Below are positions 45,628-57,314 of a DNA stretch of 64,000 nt, in pieces. Within the stretch, counting starts at the first letter, position 1; every line of letters starts with the position of its first letter. The DNA comes from an uncultured Acidobacteriota bacterium (lineage in GTDB: Bacteria; Acidobacteriota; Thermoanaerobaculia; UBA5066; Gp7-AA6), in NCBI GenBank assembly GCA_963723535.1, contig CAVRRE010000016.1, forward strand, positions 12,503-76,502, read 5' to 3'. Both the position numbers and the translations under genes were made by a program. The notes beneath the pieces were generated by a model. The model saw only the letters and a program-made list of their open reading frames with translations. It made no database searches and was not told the DNA's origin.

Positions 45628-46880
45628 AGCGCAACCTTTCCGTCGTCCTGCACCTCTTTCTCAGCTCGGCGCGGCTGCAGAAGAAGCGCGCCACGCTGAC
45701 GATCGCCTCGCTCGCCTGGGGCACGGTGACGATCCTGATCCTTCTCGCCTTCGGCGAGGGCCTGAAGCGCCAGATGATGTCCAACGACCAGGCCATGGGG
45801 AACAACCTCGCGATCATGTGGCCCGGCGAGACATCCAAGCCGTACAAGGGCCTTCCGGAAGGCCGGCCGATCCGGCCGAAGATGGAAGACATCGACTATG
45901 CGCGCGAGCGCCTTCCCGAGCTCGACGCGATCTGGGGCGAGTACACGTCCTGGCGCACGGCACTGGCGTACGGACGGAAGACCGTCAACGGCCGTGTCAT
46001 CGGCACGCGCTGGGACTACGGCGATCCCCGCAAGCACTTCCCGACGGGGAAGGGACGGTTCCTGAACCCGCAGGACGAGGAAGAGAAGCGCCGCGTCGTC
46101 TTTCTCGGGGACGAAATGGCGAAGGACATCTTCGGGCCCGAGGAGCCTCTCGGAAAGACGGTCCTCATCAACAACTCCTCCTTCACGGTCATCGGCGTCA
46201 TGCAGAGGAAGAACCAGTCCTCGACGTACGGCGGGCCCGATGCCCAGCACGCCGTGATCCCGCAGGGCACGTTCAAGGCCGTCCTCGGGGCCAACCGGCT
46301 GAACGTCGTCGTCTTCCGCGTGAAGAAGCCGGAGCACATGGACGCCGCGCTCGTGCATTTCAACGAGGTCATGGGGCCACGGCTCGGCTACGACCCCGAG
46401 GATCCTCGCGTCTGGGGACTGTGGAACACCGTCCGCGGCCAGCAGATTCAGGGGAAGATCATGCTCGGCCTGGAGATCTTCTTCGGCGTCATCGGGGGTC
46501 TCACGCTCATCATCGGCGGCGTCGGCGTGGCCAACATCATGTACGCCGTCGTCAAGGAGCGCACCAAGGAGATCGGCGTCAAGATGGCGCTCGGCGCCCG
46601 CCGCGCATGGATCACGGGCCCCTTCATCCTCGAGGGCCTCGTCTACACCCTCGTCGGCGGTCTCGTCGGCGCGCTCATCGCCATCCTGATCGTGACGGGC
46701 CTCTCCTTCGTGCCTATCGAGGGCAACGAAGTGCTCGAGTTCATGGGCCGGCCGACGCTCTCGTGGCCCATCGGCATCGCCACGCTCGCCATCCTGGGGA
46801 CCTGCGGCCTGCTGGCCGGCTACTTTCCCGCCCGTCGGGCCGCCTCGATCGACCCCGCGTCCACGCTGCGCTACGAATGA
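45624..46880 (+). CDS. MacB/FtsX-family ABC permease 2
   Basis: GGVGVANIM, ERTKEIGVKMALGA, LRYE end. Confidence 0.92.
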   Translation: MKRNLSVVLHLFLSSARLQKKRATLTIASLAWGTVTILILLAFGEGLKRQMMSNDQAMGNNLAIMWPGETSKPYKGLPEGRPIRPKMEDIDYARERLPELDAIWGEYTSWRTALAYGRKTVNGRVIGTRWDYGDPRKHFPTGKGRFLNPQDEEEKRRVVFLGDEMAKDIFGPEEPLGKTVLINNSSFTVIGVMQRKNQSSTYGGPDAQHAVIPQGTFKAVLGANRLNVVVFRVKKPEHMDAALVHFNEVMGPRLGYDPEDPRVWGLWNTVRGQQIQGKIMLGLEIFFGVIGGLTLIIGGVGVANIMYAVVKERTKEIGVKMALGARRAWITGPFILEGLVYTLVGGLVGALIAILIVTGLSFVPIEGNEVLEFMGRPTLSWPIGIATLAILGTCGLLAGYFPARRAASIDPASTLRYE

Positions 46881-46891
46881 ACGGAGAGTCC

Positions 46892-47581
46892 ATGAGCCAG
46901 ATCATCGACATGTCCGCCATCCGCAAGGTCTACGACACGGGCAAGGTCAAGGTCGAGGCCCTGAAAGGCATCGACCTCGAGGTCGACAAGGGCGAGTTCG
47001 TCGCGATCGTCGGCCCCTCCGGCTCGGGCAAGTCGACGCTCATGAATCTCGTCGGCTGCCTCGACACTCCGTCGGCAGGCACCTACCGTCTGGGCGGCGA
47101 AGACGTGTCGAAGTTCTCCCGTGACTCCCTCGCCGACGTGCGCAACCGCCGGGTCGGCTTCGTCTTCCAGGGCTTCAATCTGCTGCCCCAGATCTCGGCC
47201 TTCGAGAACGTCGAGATGCCGCTTCTCTTCGGCGGCGTGCCTCCGAAGAAGCGCCGGGAGCGCGTCGAGGAGCTTCTCGGCCGGGTCGGCCTCGCAGACC
47301 GCATGGACCACAAGCCCACGGAGCTGTCGGGCGGCCAGATGCAGCGCGTCGCGATCGCCCGCGCCCTCGCCATGCGGCCGGACGTCGTCCTCGCCGACGA
47401 GCCGACCGGCAACCTCGACACGTCCGCCGGCGGCGACATCATGAGCCTCTTCACCGAGCTCTGGAAGCAGGGCTCGACGCTCGTCGTCATCACGCACGAC
47501 ATGACGCTCGCCCGCCGTGCGAGCCGCATCGTCGAGATCCGCGACGGCCGGATCGTCCGGGATGGCGAAGCCGCCGCGTAG
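46892..47581 (+). CDS. ABC ATP-binding protein (LolD/MacB-type)
   Basis: [24 protein letters not shown]. Confidence 0.93.
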   Translation: MSQIIDMSAIRKVYDTGKVKVEALKGIDLEVDKGEFVAIVGPSGSGKSTLMNLVGCLDTPSAGTYRLGGEDVSKFSRDSLADVRNRRVGFVFQGFNLLPQISAFENVEMPLLFGGVPPKKRRERVEELLGRVGLADRMDHKPTELSGGQMQRVAIARALAMRPDVVLADEPTGNLDTSAGGDIMSLFTELWKQGSTLVVITHDMTLARRASRIVEIRDGRIVRDGEAAA

Positions 47582-47594
47582 CGGGCGGGCTCCC

Positions 47595-49244
47595 GTGCTT
47601 CGCGCCGCCGTTTCCTTCGCGACCCTCCTCACGGCCCTGCCGGCCGCGCTCGCTCTTCCCATCCCTTCGGCGGACGTTCCGAAGTGGCGGGAAGACCTCC
47701 GCACGATGGCCGTCGAGATGCCCCGGCGCCACAAGAACCTCTTTCACACGATGACGCCCGCCCAGTTCGAGGCGGCGGTGGCCGCGCTCGACGCCCGGAT
47801 CCCGAGCCTCGAGCGGCACCAGATCATCGTCGAGATGGCGCGGATCGCCGCGATGGTCGGCGACGGCCACACCAGCGTCGCGCCGACACGCGATCCCAAG
47901 ATTGCCTTTCGCACCTATCCGATCCATCTCTATCTCTTCAAGGACGGTCTGTACGTGCGCTCCGCCGACGCCGCCCACGCCGATCTCGTCGGCGCCCGCG
48001 TGCTCCGCATCGGGACCGCCTCGGCGGAGGAGGCCTACGCCGCGGCGCGCGAGATCGTCGGACGCGACAACGAGATGGACGTGAAGTTCTTCGCGCCCAT
48101 GCTTCTATCGATGCCGGAGGTGGTCCACGCTCTCGGCCTCGTCTCCGACATGGAGAAGGCGTCCTTCACGTTGGAGATCGGAGGACGGCGCCGCGTCGTC
48201 GTTCTCGTCGCCGGCCGGCGCCGCGGACCTGCTTTCTCCCCACGGGGACACGAGCTGGATCAGGAAGGACGGCTGGACCGACGCCCGCGGGACGACCGAT
48301 CCCCTCTGGCTCGCGGGATCCGAAAGACAAGTACTGGCTCGAGTATCTGCCCGCGCGCGCGCGCCGTCTACGTCCAGTTCAACCAGGTCGGCAACAAGGA
48401 AGACGAGACGATCGAGGCGTTCTCGAAGCGCCTTTCGGCATTCGTGGAGGAGAACCCGGTCGACCGGCTCATTCTCGATCTGCGGCTCAATCGAGGCGGA
48501 GACGGTTCGCTCAACCGCCCGCTGGTCGTCGCGCTGATCCGATCGGTGAAGGTCGACCGGCCGGGAGGCCTCTATCGTGCTCATCGGTCGCTGCACCTGG
48601 TCCGCGGCGCAAATGCTCGTCAACGAGCTCGAGAAGTACACGAACGCCGTCTTCGTCGGGCGAGCCGAGCGGCGGCAAGGTCAATCACTACGGAGATTCC
48701 TCGAGGATCACGCTTCCCCACAGCGGCATGACCGTGCGGGTCTCGACGCTCTGGTGGCAGGGAGACGAACGCGACAAGCGTCCCTGGAAGGCGCCGGACG
48801 TGGCCGCCGAGCTGACCTTCGCGGACTACCGGGCGAACCGGGATCCGGCGCTCGAGGCGGCGCTGGCCTACGTACCGGAGAAGACCCTGGCGGACACACT
48901 GCTCGAAGCGGTCTGCGCCTCGGATCGCGGGCCGAGTGCACGCTGCCTTTCGCCGCCTGGAAGGCGGACACCCGGCACGCGTAGGTGGACCCGGAGCCGA
49001 GCTGAACGCGCTCGGCTACCGTCTGATGGGCGAGAAGCGCCTGCCTGAAGCGATCCAGATCTTCCGTCTCGCCGCGGAGGCCTCGCCGCAGTCGGCCAAC
49101 GCCTACGACAGCCTGGGCGAGGCCTATGTGGCAGGCGGCCAGACCGGCGATGCCGTCCGCTGCTACGAGAAGGCCCTCGCCCTGGATCCCGAGCTGGACT
49201 CCGCCCGCGACGCTCTCCGGAGGCTGCGCGCGTCAGCCCCTTAG
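47595..49244 (+). CDS. Secreted S41-like peptidase with C-terminal TPR, frameshifted
   Basis: [31 protein letters not shown]; [14 protein letters not shown]. Confidence 0.75.
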
Positions 49245-49326
49245 AGAGGCTGCGCGCGTCAGCGCCCCTTAGAGCGGCTGCGCGCGTCAGCGCCCCTTAG
49301 AGAAGCTGCGCGCCTCAGCCCCTTAG
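49220..49326. repeat. Four-copy 26-28 bp tandem repeat between convergent genes
   Basis: GAGGCTGCGCGCGTCAG(CG)CCCCTTAGA x4, with no spacers. Confidence 0.9.
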
Positions 49327-50111
49327 CGTGGAAAGTGGAGGCCGAGCGCCTTCGCGAAAAAGACCGCCATCTGTCCCCGCGTGAGCGTGTTGCCGGGGCA
49401 GAAGTCCCCGCCGCCGCAGCCCGCCGTGATCCCGGACGCCGCCAGCGCTTCGACGAACTGGAAGATCGGATGGTCCGTCGGGACGTCGTTGAACGTCGCG
49501 ACGAGGGGCGCGGGGCTCACGGATCGCCGCCAGGAGACGACAGCCCCGTAGAGGACGTGCGTCAGCGACGTCAGGTCCACCTCGATGGCGTGGAGGTTGT
49601 AGCTCTCGGTCCCGCAGGCGACCCCGCCCTGATTCTGGAGCGTCAGCGGCGTGGCGCCCGCGACCGTGACGATTCCTCTCCCTGAAATCCCGGCGGACGT
49701 TCCTGTCCAGGCCGTGTAGTAATACCCGCCATCGCAGCCGGGGGATCCATCCACACTTTGCACCTCAAGCACGAACCTGACGGTGATGTCCTCGGCCACA
49801 TCGTCGTCCTGAACCAGAACACGGATCGCCTCGATGGCCGCTCCGCTCGGCAGTCCGAGCGGTGCCGTCCAGTTCTGGTTCTCGTCGACCAGCGGATGGC
49901 GGTCGAGGCCGTACCCGCCCGTGTACGAAAAGCCGGAGGTCGCGGGCGTGAATGCCGAGGCGGGGACGTAACTGTTCTGGAGCACTCCTCCGAAAGCTCC
50001 CTCGACCGATAGCGGAGCACTCAGGGCCTTGAGCGCGGGTTGTTCGGATCGGGCTGTTTCGGCAAGCAGGATCAGACCCAAAGCGAGACACGAACCGATT
50101 CGCATCCACAT
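49323..50111 (-). CDS. Secreted protein with a single C-terminal SLH-like domain
   Basis: RBS GGAGG; signal peptide; FNDVPTDHP...GITAGCGGGDFCPGNTLTRGQMAVF. Confidence 0.85.
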   Translation of the reverse strand: MWMRIGSCLALGLILLAETARSEQPALKALSAPLSVEGAFGGVLQNSYVPASAFTPATSGFSYTGGYGLDRHPLVDENQNWTAPLGLPSGAAIEAIRVLVQDDDVAEDITVRFVLEVQSVDGSPGCDGGYYYTAWTGTSAGISGRGIVTVAGATPLTLQNQGGVACGTESYNLHAIEVDLTSLTHVLYGAVVSWRRSVSPAPLVATFNDVPTDHPIFQFVEALAASGITAGCGGGDFCPGNTLTRGQMAVFFAKALGLHFPR

Positions 50112-50179
50112 GATCGCCTCCATTTTCTCGGAATCGAGTGCGCCGAGTGTAAGTCCGGGAGGCACGGCGACCGTGTGAT

Positions 50180-51292
50180 CTAGGGAAAGAAGTTGGCTCC
50201 GACGTCCTTCAGGCCGTTCCAGTTCACGATGTAGAAGCAGGCCGGCGACGCCTGCTCGACGCGCACGGAAGCCGTGAAGCCCTGCGGCGTGAACTGCCCT
50301 GTGATCGTGATCACGAACTGGCCCCCGACGTTCTCGGGCTGCATCGCGAAGGAGCCGTCGTCTTCGACCGTCCCTTCGTACGTGATGCTCGCGTGTGTCA
50401 GGGTGAGCGCGTGCGAACCCGGTGTCTGTGCGACAGTCGTCGGGTTGTCCATCACCGTGGGGACGGGGCTGCAGGTGTTCTGGCCCAGCGCCACGTCCGT
50501 GGCGTAGGCGCCTCCGACCGAGAGAACCGGCGCCACGTCGGCCGCTCCGCGGACGAAGATCGGATCCGTCGTGTGGTTGTCGATCACCGCGGCGTAGGAA
50601 AGGATCGCGGGGCCGTCGGTCTGCACCGTCACGACGGCGTCCGTCGTCTCGAGCAGCGGGTGATTGACTCCGTCCGACCCGAAGATGTTGTTGATCTGGG
50701 TGCCGGAGTGCGCGGGGATCGTGCGTTCGACTTCACCCACCCAGTGGCCTTCCCAGTACACCGCGAAGACCACCGTGGCGGCGGTGTCCTGGGGGTTGAA
50801 GGCGCCGACGTTCGTCCGGAATCCCTCGCCGGGTCCGGCATTGGCGATCTGCGGTAGCACGGAGTACCGATGCGCGGCGGCCGCGGTGACTCCCGGGACG
50901 AACATGCCGACGGTCGGCTCGGGAGTTGTCGAGTACAGCCGGCTCGTCACGACGACATCGGCCGCGGTGCCCCCCGAGAGGACGTCGATCTCGACGCCGC
51001 CCGCCGAGTTCGGCGCGTGAAAGGTCTCGTCGATCATGTTGTCGAAGGCCCGCGACTCGCGCGGCGCCACCGTGAAAGTCTCCTGCGGCGCCGTCCCGGG
51101 GCATGCGGCCACGAAGCAACGGTAGGTCGCCCTGACTTCGATCGGCGAGGAAGACCGGTTGAACACCCGCACGTCCGAAAAGAACGGATCGGCTCCCAAG
51201 ACCGATGCCACGGCGGGGATGGTGATCCTCTCCTGGGCGGCCGCGCCGGCGACGCAGCCGAGGAGGAGGGCGAGCGCGGCGACAGACTTCAT
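50180..51292 (-). CDS. Secreted beta-rich hypothetical protein
   Basis: Signal peptide; IPAVAS..FFSDVRVFN and GFRTNVGAFN..SYAAVIDN..DP repeated module. Confidence 0.75.
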   Translation of the reverse strand: MKSVAALALLLGCVAGAAAQERITIPAVASVLGADPFFSDVRVFNRSSSPIEVRATYRCFVAACPGTAPQETFTVAPRESRAFDNMIDETFHAPNSAGGVEIDVLSGGTAADVVVTSRLYSTTPEPTVGMFVPGVTAAAAHRYSVLPQIANAGPGEGFRTNVGAFNPQDTAATVVFAVYWEGHWVGEVERTIPAHSGTQINNIFGSDGVNHPLLETTDAVVTVQTDGPAILSYAAVIDNHTTDPIFVRGAADVAPVLSVGGAYATDVALGQNTCSPVPTVMDNPTTVAQTPGSHALTLTHASITYEGTVEDDGSFAMQPENVGGQFVITITGQFTPQGFTASVRVEQASPACFYIVNWNGLKDVGANFFP

Positions 51293-51316
51293 TCGGGGCG
51301 CGCCGACTCTAGCATT

Positions 51317-51356
51317 CGAAAGCTCGCCGAAGGTCGCCCCAAGAACTTTCCAAGAA
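51317..51356 (-). promoter_or_regulatory. 11-bp-phased direct-repeat operator upstream of a TAGAGT -10 box
   Basis: TTCTTGG-N4-TTCTTGG-N4-ACCTTCG-N4-GCTTTCG; -10 box at 51306-51311. Confidence 0.5.
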
Positions 51357-51366
51357 TCCTGACGGG

Positions 51367-53894
51367 CTACGGCGTCGCCGCCGTCTTCGCGAAGCTCCGG
51401 TACTCGTCGATCCCGTCCGTCGCGAAGACGACGACGCTGGGGTCGGGATCCTTCTGGAGCGCCTCCAGCAGCGGCAGGTCCTCGGCGCGATGGAGCTTGC
51501 CGAGCTTCTGGATCGCGGCCAGGCGTACGGAGCGATTGCGATCCGAGGTCAGCCGGCGCAGGTCGGCGGCGAACGCGGGGTCCTCGGGCGCCGCGCCTTC
51601 CCAGCCGGTCATGGCGGCGATGCGGACCTCCTGGACGTAACCCGGCGCCGTGTACTTCGCGAACGTCGACGCGAGCGACGGATCGCCGAGCTTTCCCAGT
51701 CCCATGAGCGCGCCGAGGCACACCGAATCCCACCAGCGCGACTCCCGTCGGAGCTGGCGCACGAGGAAGTCCTTCGCGCCCGGCGCCCGCAGCCGCCCGA
51801 GCGAGATCTCCGCGGCGGCGACGACGTCCTCGGCCTCGTCGGTCTCGACGGTGCGGCGAAGCGTGTCCGCGGCCGAGGCCTCCCCCGCGTGGCCCAGCGC
51901 GAGGGCCGCGGCTCTCCGGACGCGCGCGTCCGAGCTGCCAAGCGCCTTCGCGAGGGCGGGCTGGACCGCGGAGCCGCCGATCTTCCCGAGATCGATTGCG
52001 GCCTCCTGTTTCAAACCCCAGTGCGTCGCCGGATCCGCCAGCAGCTTCGACAGTGCGTCGACCGAGCGCGCATCCGTCGGAAAGTCGTTCGCGAGCTGGC
52101 GCGCGGCGCGCAGCTTCCCGGCGAGGTCCGCACCGGAAAGCTCCGCGAGGACCTCGGTGATGGGCCGCGTGTAGATCACCTCGCAGACGAGCCAGCCGCC
52201 CTTGTCGAACGTGACCCGCGTCGGCCGGCTCGCCGCCGGCAGCGAGGCCGTCGTCGTCCAGCCGGAGAGATCGACCCGGTGCGTCTTCGCGCCGCTCGCG
52301 TCGGCGATCTCGACTTCGACCGGAAGACGGAAGTCGTTCTCGAAGGGCAGGTCGGACTGGATCTGACGGACGGTGAGATCCACTTCCTTGCGGTCCGGCG
52401 CCCAGCGGTACGACACCTCAAACCGCGGATGGCCTCCGCCTCCCACGACCCAATCCTCGAAGAACCACGAGAGGTTTCGCCCCGACGCCCGCTCGATCGC
52501 TTCTTTCAAATCCGCCGAGTCGACGTTCGAGTACTCGTGCTTCGCGAGGTAGGCCGCGATCATCCGGTCGAAGTCGCCCTCGCCCAGGAAGTGGCGGATC
52601 ATGTGGAGGACGAGCGCGCCCTTCACGTACGTCGTCTCCTGCTGGTACATCGCGCCCGGCTCCTTGTAGCGGAGGTACTCCATCGGCCGCACGCTGCCCG
52701 TCGTCCGCACGTAGTCGACGTAGTCGTTGAGGTACGCCCAGCGCTGGTAGGTGAGGTCGCCCTCGCCGTGGGCCTTGCCGTTCCACATCGTGTGCCAGAA
52801 CGTGGCGAAGGACTCGTTCAGCCAGAGCGAGCCGAGCGAGCGGCAGGTCACGAGGTCCCCGAACCAGTGATGGACCAGCTCGTGCGCCACGACGTCCTCG
52901 TACGTGAAGACCGGCCAGGCGTCCTCGTAGAAGGGGAAGAGGTCGGGCGGATCGCCCGCCAGGCGCAGCTCCGACTCCGAGAAGCCCGTGGCCGTCGTCG
53001 TCTCCATCGCGCCGGCGAATTCGCGCAGCACGACCTGGTCGTACTTGTCCCACGGATAGGGGTAGCCGAACTTCGTCGAGTAGTACTCGACCATGTCGGG
53101 AGTGTTGCCGAAGACGTGGCGCGCCTTCTCCTCGGTCCCCGGTGGAGTCCAGGCCGTTAGCGGAACGGCCTTGTCGCCGACCTTCGCGTCGCGGAGCGGC
53201 ACTTTGGAAAGCTCGGCTACATCGACCGTCACGAGATAGTTGGGGATCGGCCCCTTCTGCACCCAGTGGAAGGTCCGCGTGCCGTCCGCGTTCTCGCGGG
53301 TCTCGACGAGACGCCCGTTCGCCACGGCCGTCAGTCCCTTCGGGACGGTCACGACGAATTCGATCGCGAAACGGTCGTTCGTGTCGTTATAGAGGGGAAG
53401 CCAGCCTCGGTGCAGCCCGCCCTCGCCGTAGTTCCAGGCCTGGGGCAGGAGCTTTCCGCTCGCCGGGTAGAAGTACATCCCGGCCCGCGGCTTGACCGAG
53501 TAGGTGATCGCGACCGTCGCCGACTCGCCGATGCGGACGGGCGGGTCGAGCGCGATGTCGAGCTTGAAGTCCTGGGCGTTCGTCGTGAACTTCTGCGGCC
53601 GACTCGTGCGTTCGCCCGCGGCGGCGCGCTCGACCTTCGTGACGCGAGGTCCGCGGCGTCGAGCGAGAGCGTCGCGAGGGAATCACGGAGCGCCTGGAAG
53701 GTGATCGTCGCGGTTCCCGCGATCGTCTCCTTCGGCATGTCGAACCCGAGCTCCGCCTTGTAGGCCTCGATGTGGAAGGACCGCTCGCGCACCGGCCGCT
53801 CGGGGCCCTCGGGCAGACGGTGGCCAAAGGCGACCTGCGCGGTAGCGGCGAGCGGACAGGCCAAGAGCGCCAGGGCGGCGAAAAGCCGTTTCAT
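51367..53894 (-). CDS. M1 aminopeptidase with C-terminal HEAT repeats, frameshifted
   Basis: Signal peptide; GAMET, HELVHHW (HEXXH), WLNESFA, YVKG; HEAT repeats. Confidence 0.9.
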
Positions 53895-53963
53895 TTCTCC
53901 TCCGTGAAGCGTGAAAGCCCGGGAATTCTATCGCCCGCCGGGCTCCTCTCATAGGATCCGCGC

Positions 53964-54582
53964 ATGCGCCGACTCGCCATGCTCGCCGCCATCCTCGGAA
54001 TCGCTTCGGCCGTTTCCGCCTCCCCCGAGTACGAGGCCGTCGAGGACCAGTCCAACATCCACTTCTCGGTGCCACTCATGGCGGTCTCCAGGGTCTCGGG
54101 CAAGTTCATGAAGTACGACGTCGAGCTGTGGGCCGGCGACAAGCCCGACCTCTCACGCGCCACGCGCAAAAGCCGTCATCGAGATCGCGAGCATCGATAC
54201 GGGCAACGACTCCTGGGACACGAAGCTGCGCGCGCCGGCGTGGTTCGACGCCGCGAAGTACCCGAAGATCGAGTTCGTGAGCTCCCGGGTGCGGAGGGTG
54301 GGCGACCGCTGGGAAGCCGACGGCAAGCTCACCCTGCACGGCGTCACGAAGGAGATCACGCTGCCCTTCAAGTTCGAGGGGCGCTTCGAGGGTCCGAGCC
54401 CCGACGAGCACATCGGGATCCATGCGACCTTCAAGTTCGACCGGCGGGACTACGGCATGGCCTGGGCGGACAACGCGGAAGCGAAAGCCGTCGGCCACAT
54501 GGTGACCGTCGAGATCACGATTCTCGCGAAGCGCGTCGCGAGGCCGGCGAAAAAGAAGAACTACGAGATCGCTAAAAAGTGA
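53964..54582 (+). CDS. YceI family protein, frameshift near 54165
   Basis: SNIHFSV, SIDTGN, FDAAKYPKIEF, GKLTLHGVTKE, DRRDYG. Confidence 0.88.
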
Positions 54583-57227
54583 CCCGGAGACTCCCGCGGA
54601 AGGCCCGGGGGCCGAGCAGCTCGTAGGGATCATTGAAAAGGTCGGCGGGCACAAACGGCGTCTCCCCCGCAGCGTCGTAGAGACCGACGGACAGCTCGCG
54701 AGCCAGGACCGTGCGGCTGTCGAGCAGGTTGAAGCACGCGAACTGCGGCGTCACCGTGACCTCCGGGCCGATCCGAAGGTCTTCGAAAGCTGCAGATCGA
54801 CCTCATAGACGCTCGGCGTTCGGTAACGTGTCGGGTGACCCGATCTGGATCTGGTAAGTCGAGTCGAAAGGGTCGTAAGTCCACAGCTCGACGAAATACA
54901 GCGTCGGGAACCCCTGCCGGCCGAAGACGTTCGCACTGGCCACGATCCCGAAAGGAAGCTCGACCATTCCGCTGACGTTGAACTGCCAGTTCGCGTTGAG
55001 GGAGCCCGCATACCCGCCGCTGGCGTTCGTGCCGGGCGTCTCGTCGTTCGGATCGATGATCGCGCCGGGGCCGATGTGCTGCTCCCATCGTTCTAGGCGA
55101 AGCTCACGCGCGCCATCCAGCCATCCGAGAAGGACTTGATCAGCTGGAACTCGACGCCGTCGTAGGTCTCGCTGGCGTCGGGGCGGTTCTGGAGCAGGTG
55201 CCCTCGCACGGGTCAGGGCAGTCCATGAGTCCGTAGTAGGGCTCGTCGAACTCGAGCACGAACCCGTCACCGCTCGACGGCAGTCCCCGTCGCGTTGCCG
55301 AAATACCGCTAGCTCGCGCGGGTCGTCCCGATCATCGGAGTGATCGAGGCTGCGGGTCTCGGTGGGTGTACGCGAGGGAGCCCGATGAGGCCGAGCGTGA
55401 ACTGTCGCTCGATACCGACGATGATCTCGTCCGTCATCGGCGGCTCGAGGCTCCTCGAGACCTGATTGATCGGCACGAAGGAGGCCGGGTTCGCCGGGTC
55501 CACGAAGCATCCCGTGGGTTGCGAAAGGTCGATGTCGGCCGGTTCGACGCGGCCGTTGCCGTTGGCGTCGTCCCAGACGTAGACCGAGCTCCGCGATGTC
55601 CGGAAACGCATTGATCGCAATATCGTCGCAATGTCCAGCTGGTCTGTGAATCGTGCGTACGAGGCTCTCAACAGAGTGCGGTTCTCGCCGAGAGCGTAGG
55701 TCGCCCCCACCCGCGGCTGGACCATTCGCCACGTGACGGGAAAGCCCGTATCGCCGGAGTACAGCACGGCCGGAAGAAGTCGGAAAAATCGGGTTGGCCG
55801 GAACCGCCGAAGGGAGGTTTTCCCTTGCTGATAGTCGAACCGGGCTCCGAGATTGACCGTCAGGTTGCCGGCCTGGATCGTGTCCCCAGGAAGACATCGT
55901 AGAGGTTCGCTCGGAGTAGCGACGTCCTGCCGGCGCGTGATGCCGGCTCGACCTCGCCGTCCACTGCTCGCCAGCGGACCCAGTAGCCAACCGAGCTCTC
56001 CCGTGGCCAGCTTTGAGGTCGAATCCGTGCCGGAGCCTGCCGGTGACTCTCGAAGCTGTGGCGCCAGACTCGCATCTCGTCGATCGGCCTGCTCGTCGAC
56101 CCCGACGGGAGGTCCGTCGACGAGGCCGGCACGTAGGAGAGTAGAACGACCCGAAGAGCTGGGCGAGAGACGCCGAGTCCTCGCCGGAAGACGCCCGGAC
56201 GAAGTTGTTCAGCTGGATTCCACGGACTGATCGATCGGTGAATCCGAGGAAGTCCGGTCGAAATTGGTGTACGCGAGGTCAGCTTTGCCGTGGATGGGAC
56301 GGGCGTTGAGCTTGGCATTCCAGATGCTCCAACGGTCTTCTCGAGGTTCTCGACCGAGCGGTTCACGAAGGGCTGACCCAGGTAGTCGTATTGTGCGCGA
56401 AGGCCCCCAGAGCCAGACCGTCTTTCCAGGGCGGACCGCCCGCCTCGACCCGTATCCCAACCGGCGCCGCCGGTGTAGAGCCCGGGCCGAGCCCAGAGCT
56501 CGTTGGTGCCGCGCCGGGTCACGAGGTTGACAGTCACGCCGGGAGTCGCGATCGAAAGGTCGGAGCCGCCGGTCGTCACCTCGATGTCGCTGAGCGCATC
56601 GAAGTCGAAGAAGATCGGAGATGATGCCCCCCAGACTGATCGCGACGCCATCGAGGTTGTAGCTGGTCTGTTCCGGGGGGGCGCCCTTCCCGGTGACGCT
56701 GGGCTGACCCTGGCTGACGCTTCCCACGTTCATGCCGCTGACCAGCACTCCGGGAACCTGCCGCAGGACGGCCCACGGGTCCCGTGTCGTGGGGATGTCT
56801 TCGAGCTCCTTTCGGCCATACGTCGCGCCCGTCTCGATCTCGCGATTGTCCAGGCGGGCCGCGTCGCCGGTCACCTCGACCGCTTCCTCGACTCCCGAGA
56901 CCGGCATGATGAACGAGAGAACCACGTTGGCGAGAGCGACGGTCACGTCCGCGCGAACCGTCTCGAATCCCGTCAACTCCAGGACGACGGAGTAGTCGCC
57001 GGGCGAGAGGCTCAGGAAATGAAAGTCACCCGTTCCGTCGGTGGTCGCGCGTTGGGCGGCGCCCGGACCGGTCAGCGTGACCGCCGCGCCGAGCGAGAGA
57101 GCTCCCCTGGGTGTCGCGAGCGGTGCCGTAGATATTGCCGGTCGGTGACGGAACCTGGGCCGAGGCCCCCGCCGTCACGAAGCAACAGCGCCGACAGACC
57201 CATCGCGGAAACCCGCGCGGATTTCAC
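54572..57227 (-). pseudogene. TonB-dependent receptor with N-terminal carboxypeptidase-regulatory-like domain; heavily disrupted
   Basis: TGNIYG, RDPWAVLRQVPGV, EVTTGGSD, VTRRGTN, QPRVGATY, YFVEL, C-terminal GSLRVTF*; many frameshifts and apparent deletions. Confidence 0.75.
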
Positions 57228-57314
57228 TTTTGTCTCCAGCCAGTCTATAGCCGGGCGCGAACGCCGGTGACCGGCCCGGAGGGCCGGCCACCGCTTCGAT
57301 CGAGAAACCGCGTC

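Noticed and set aside
49220-49326. Possible mini-CRISPR array
   Set aside because: The units are directly adjacent with no unique spacers, and there are no cas genes.
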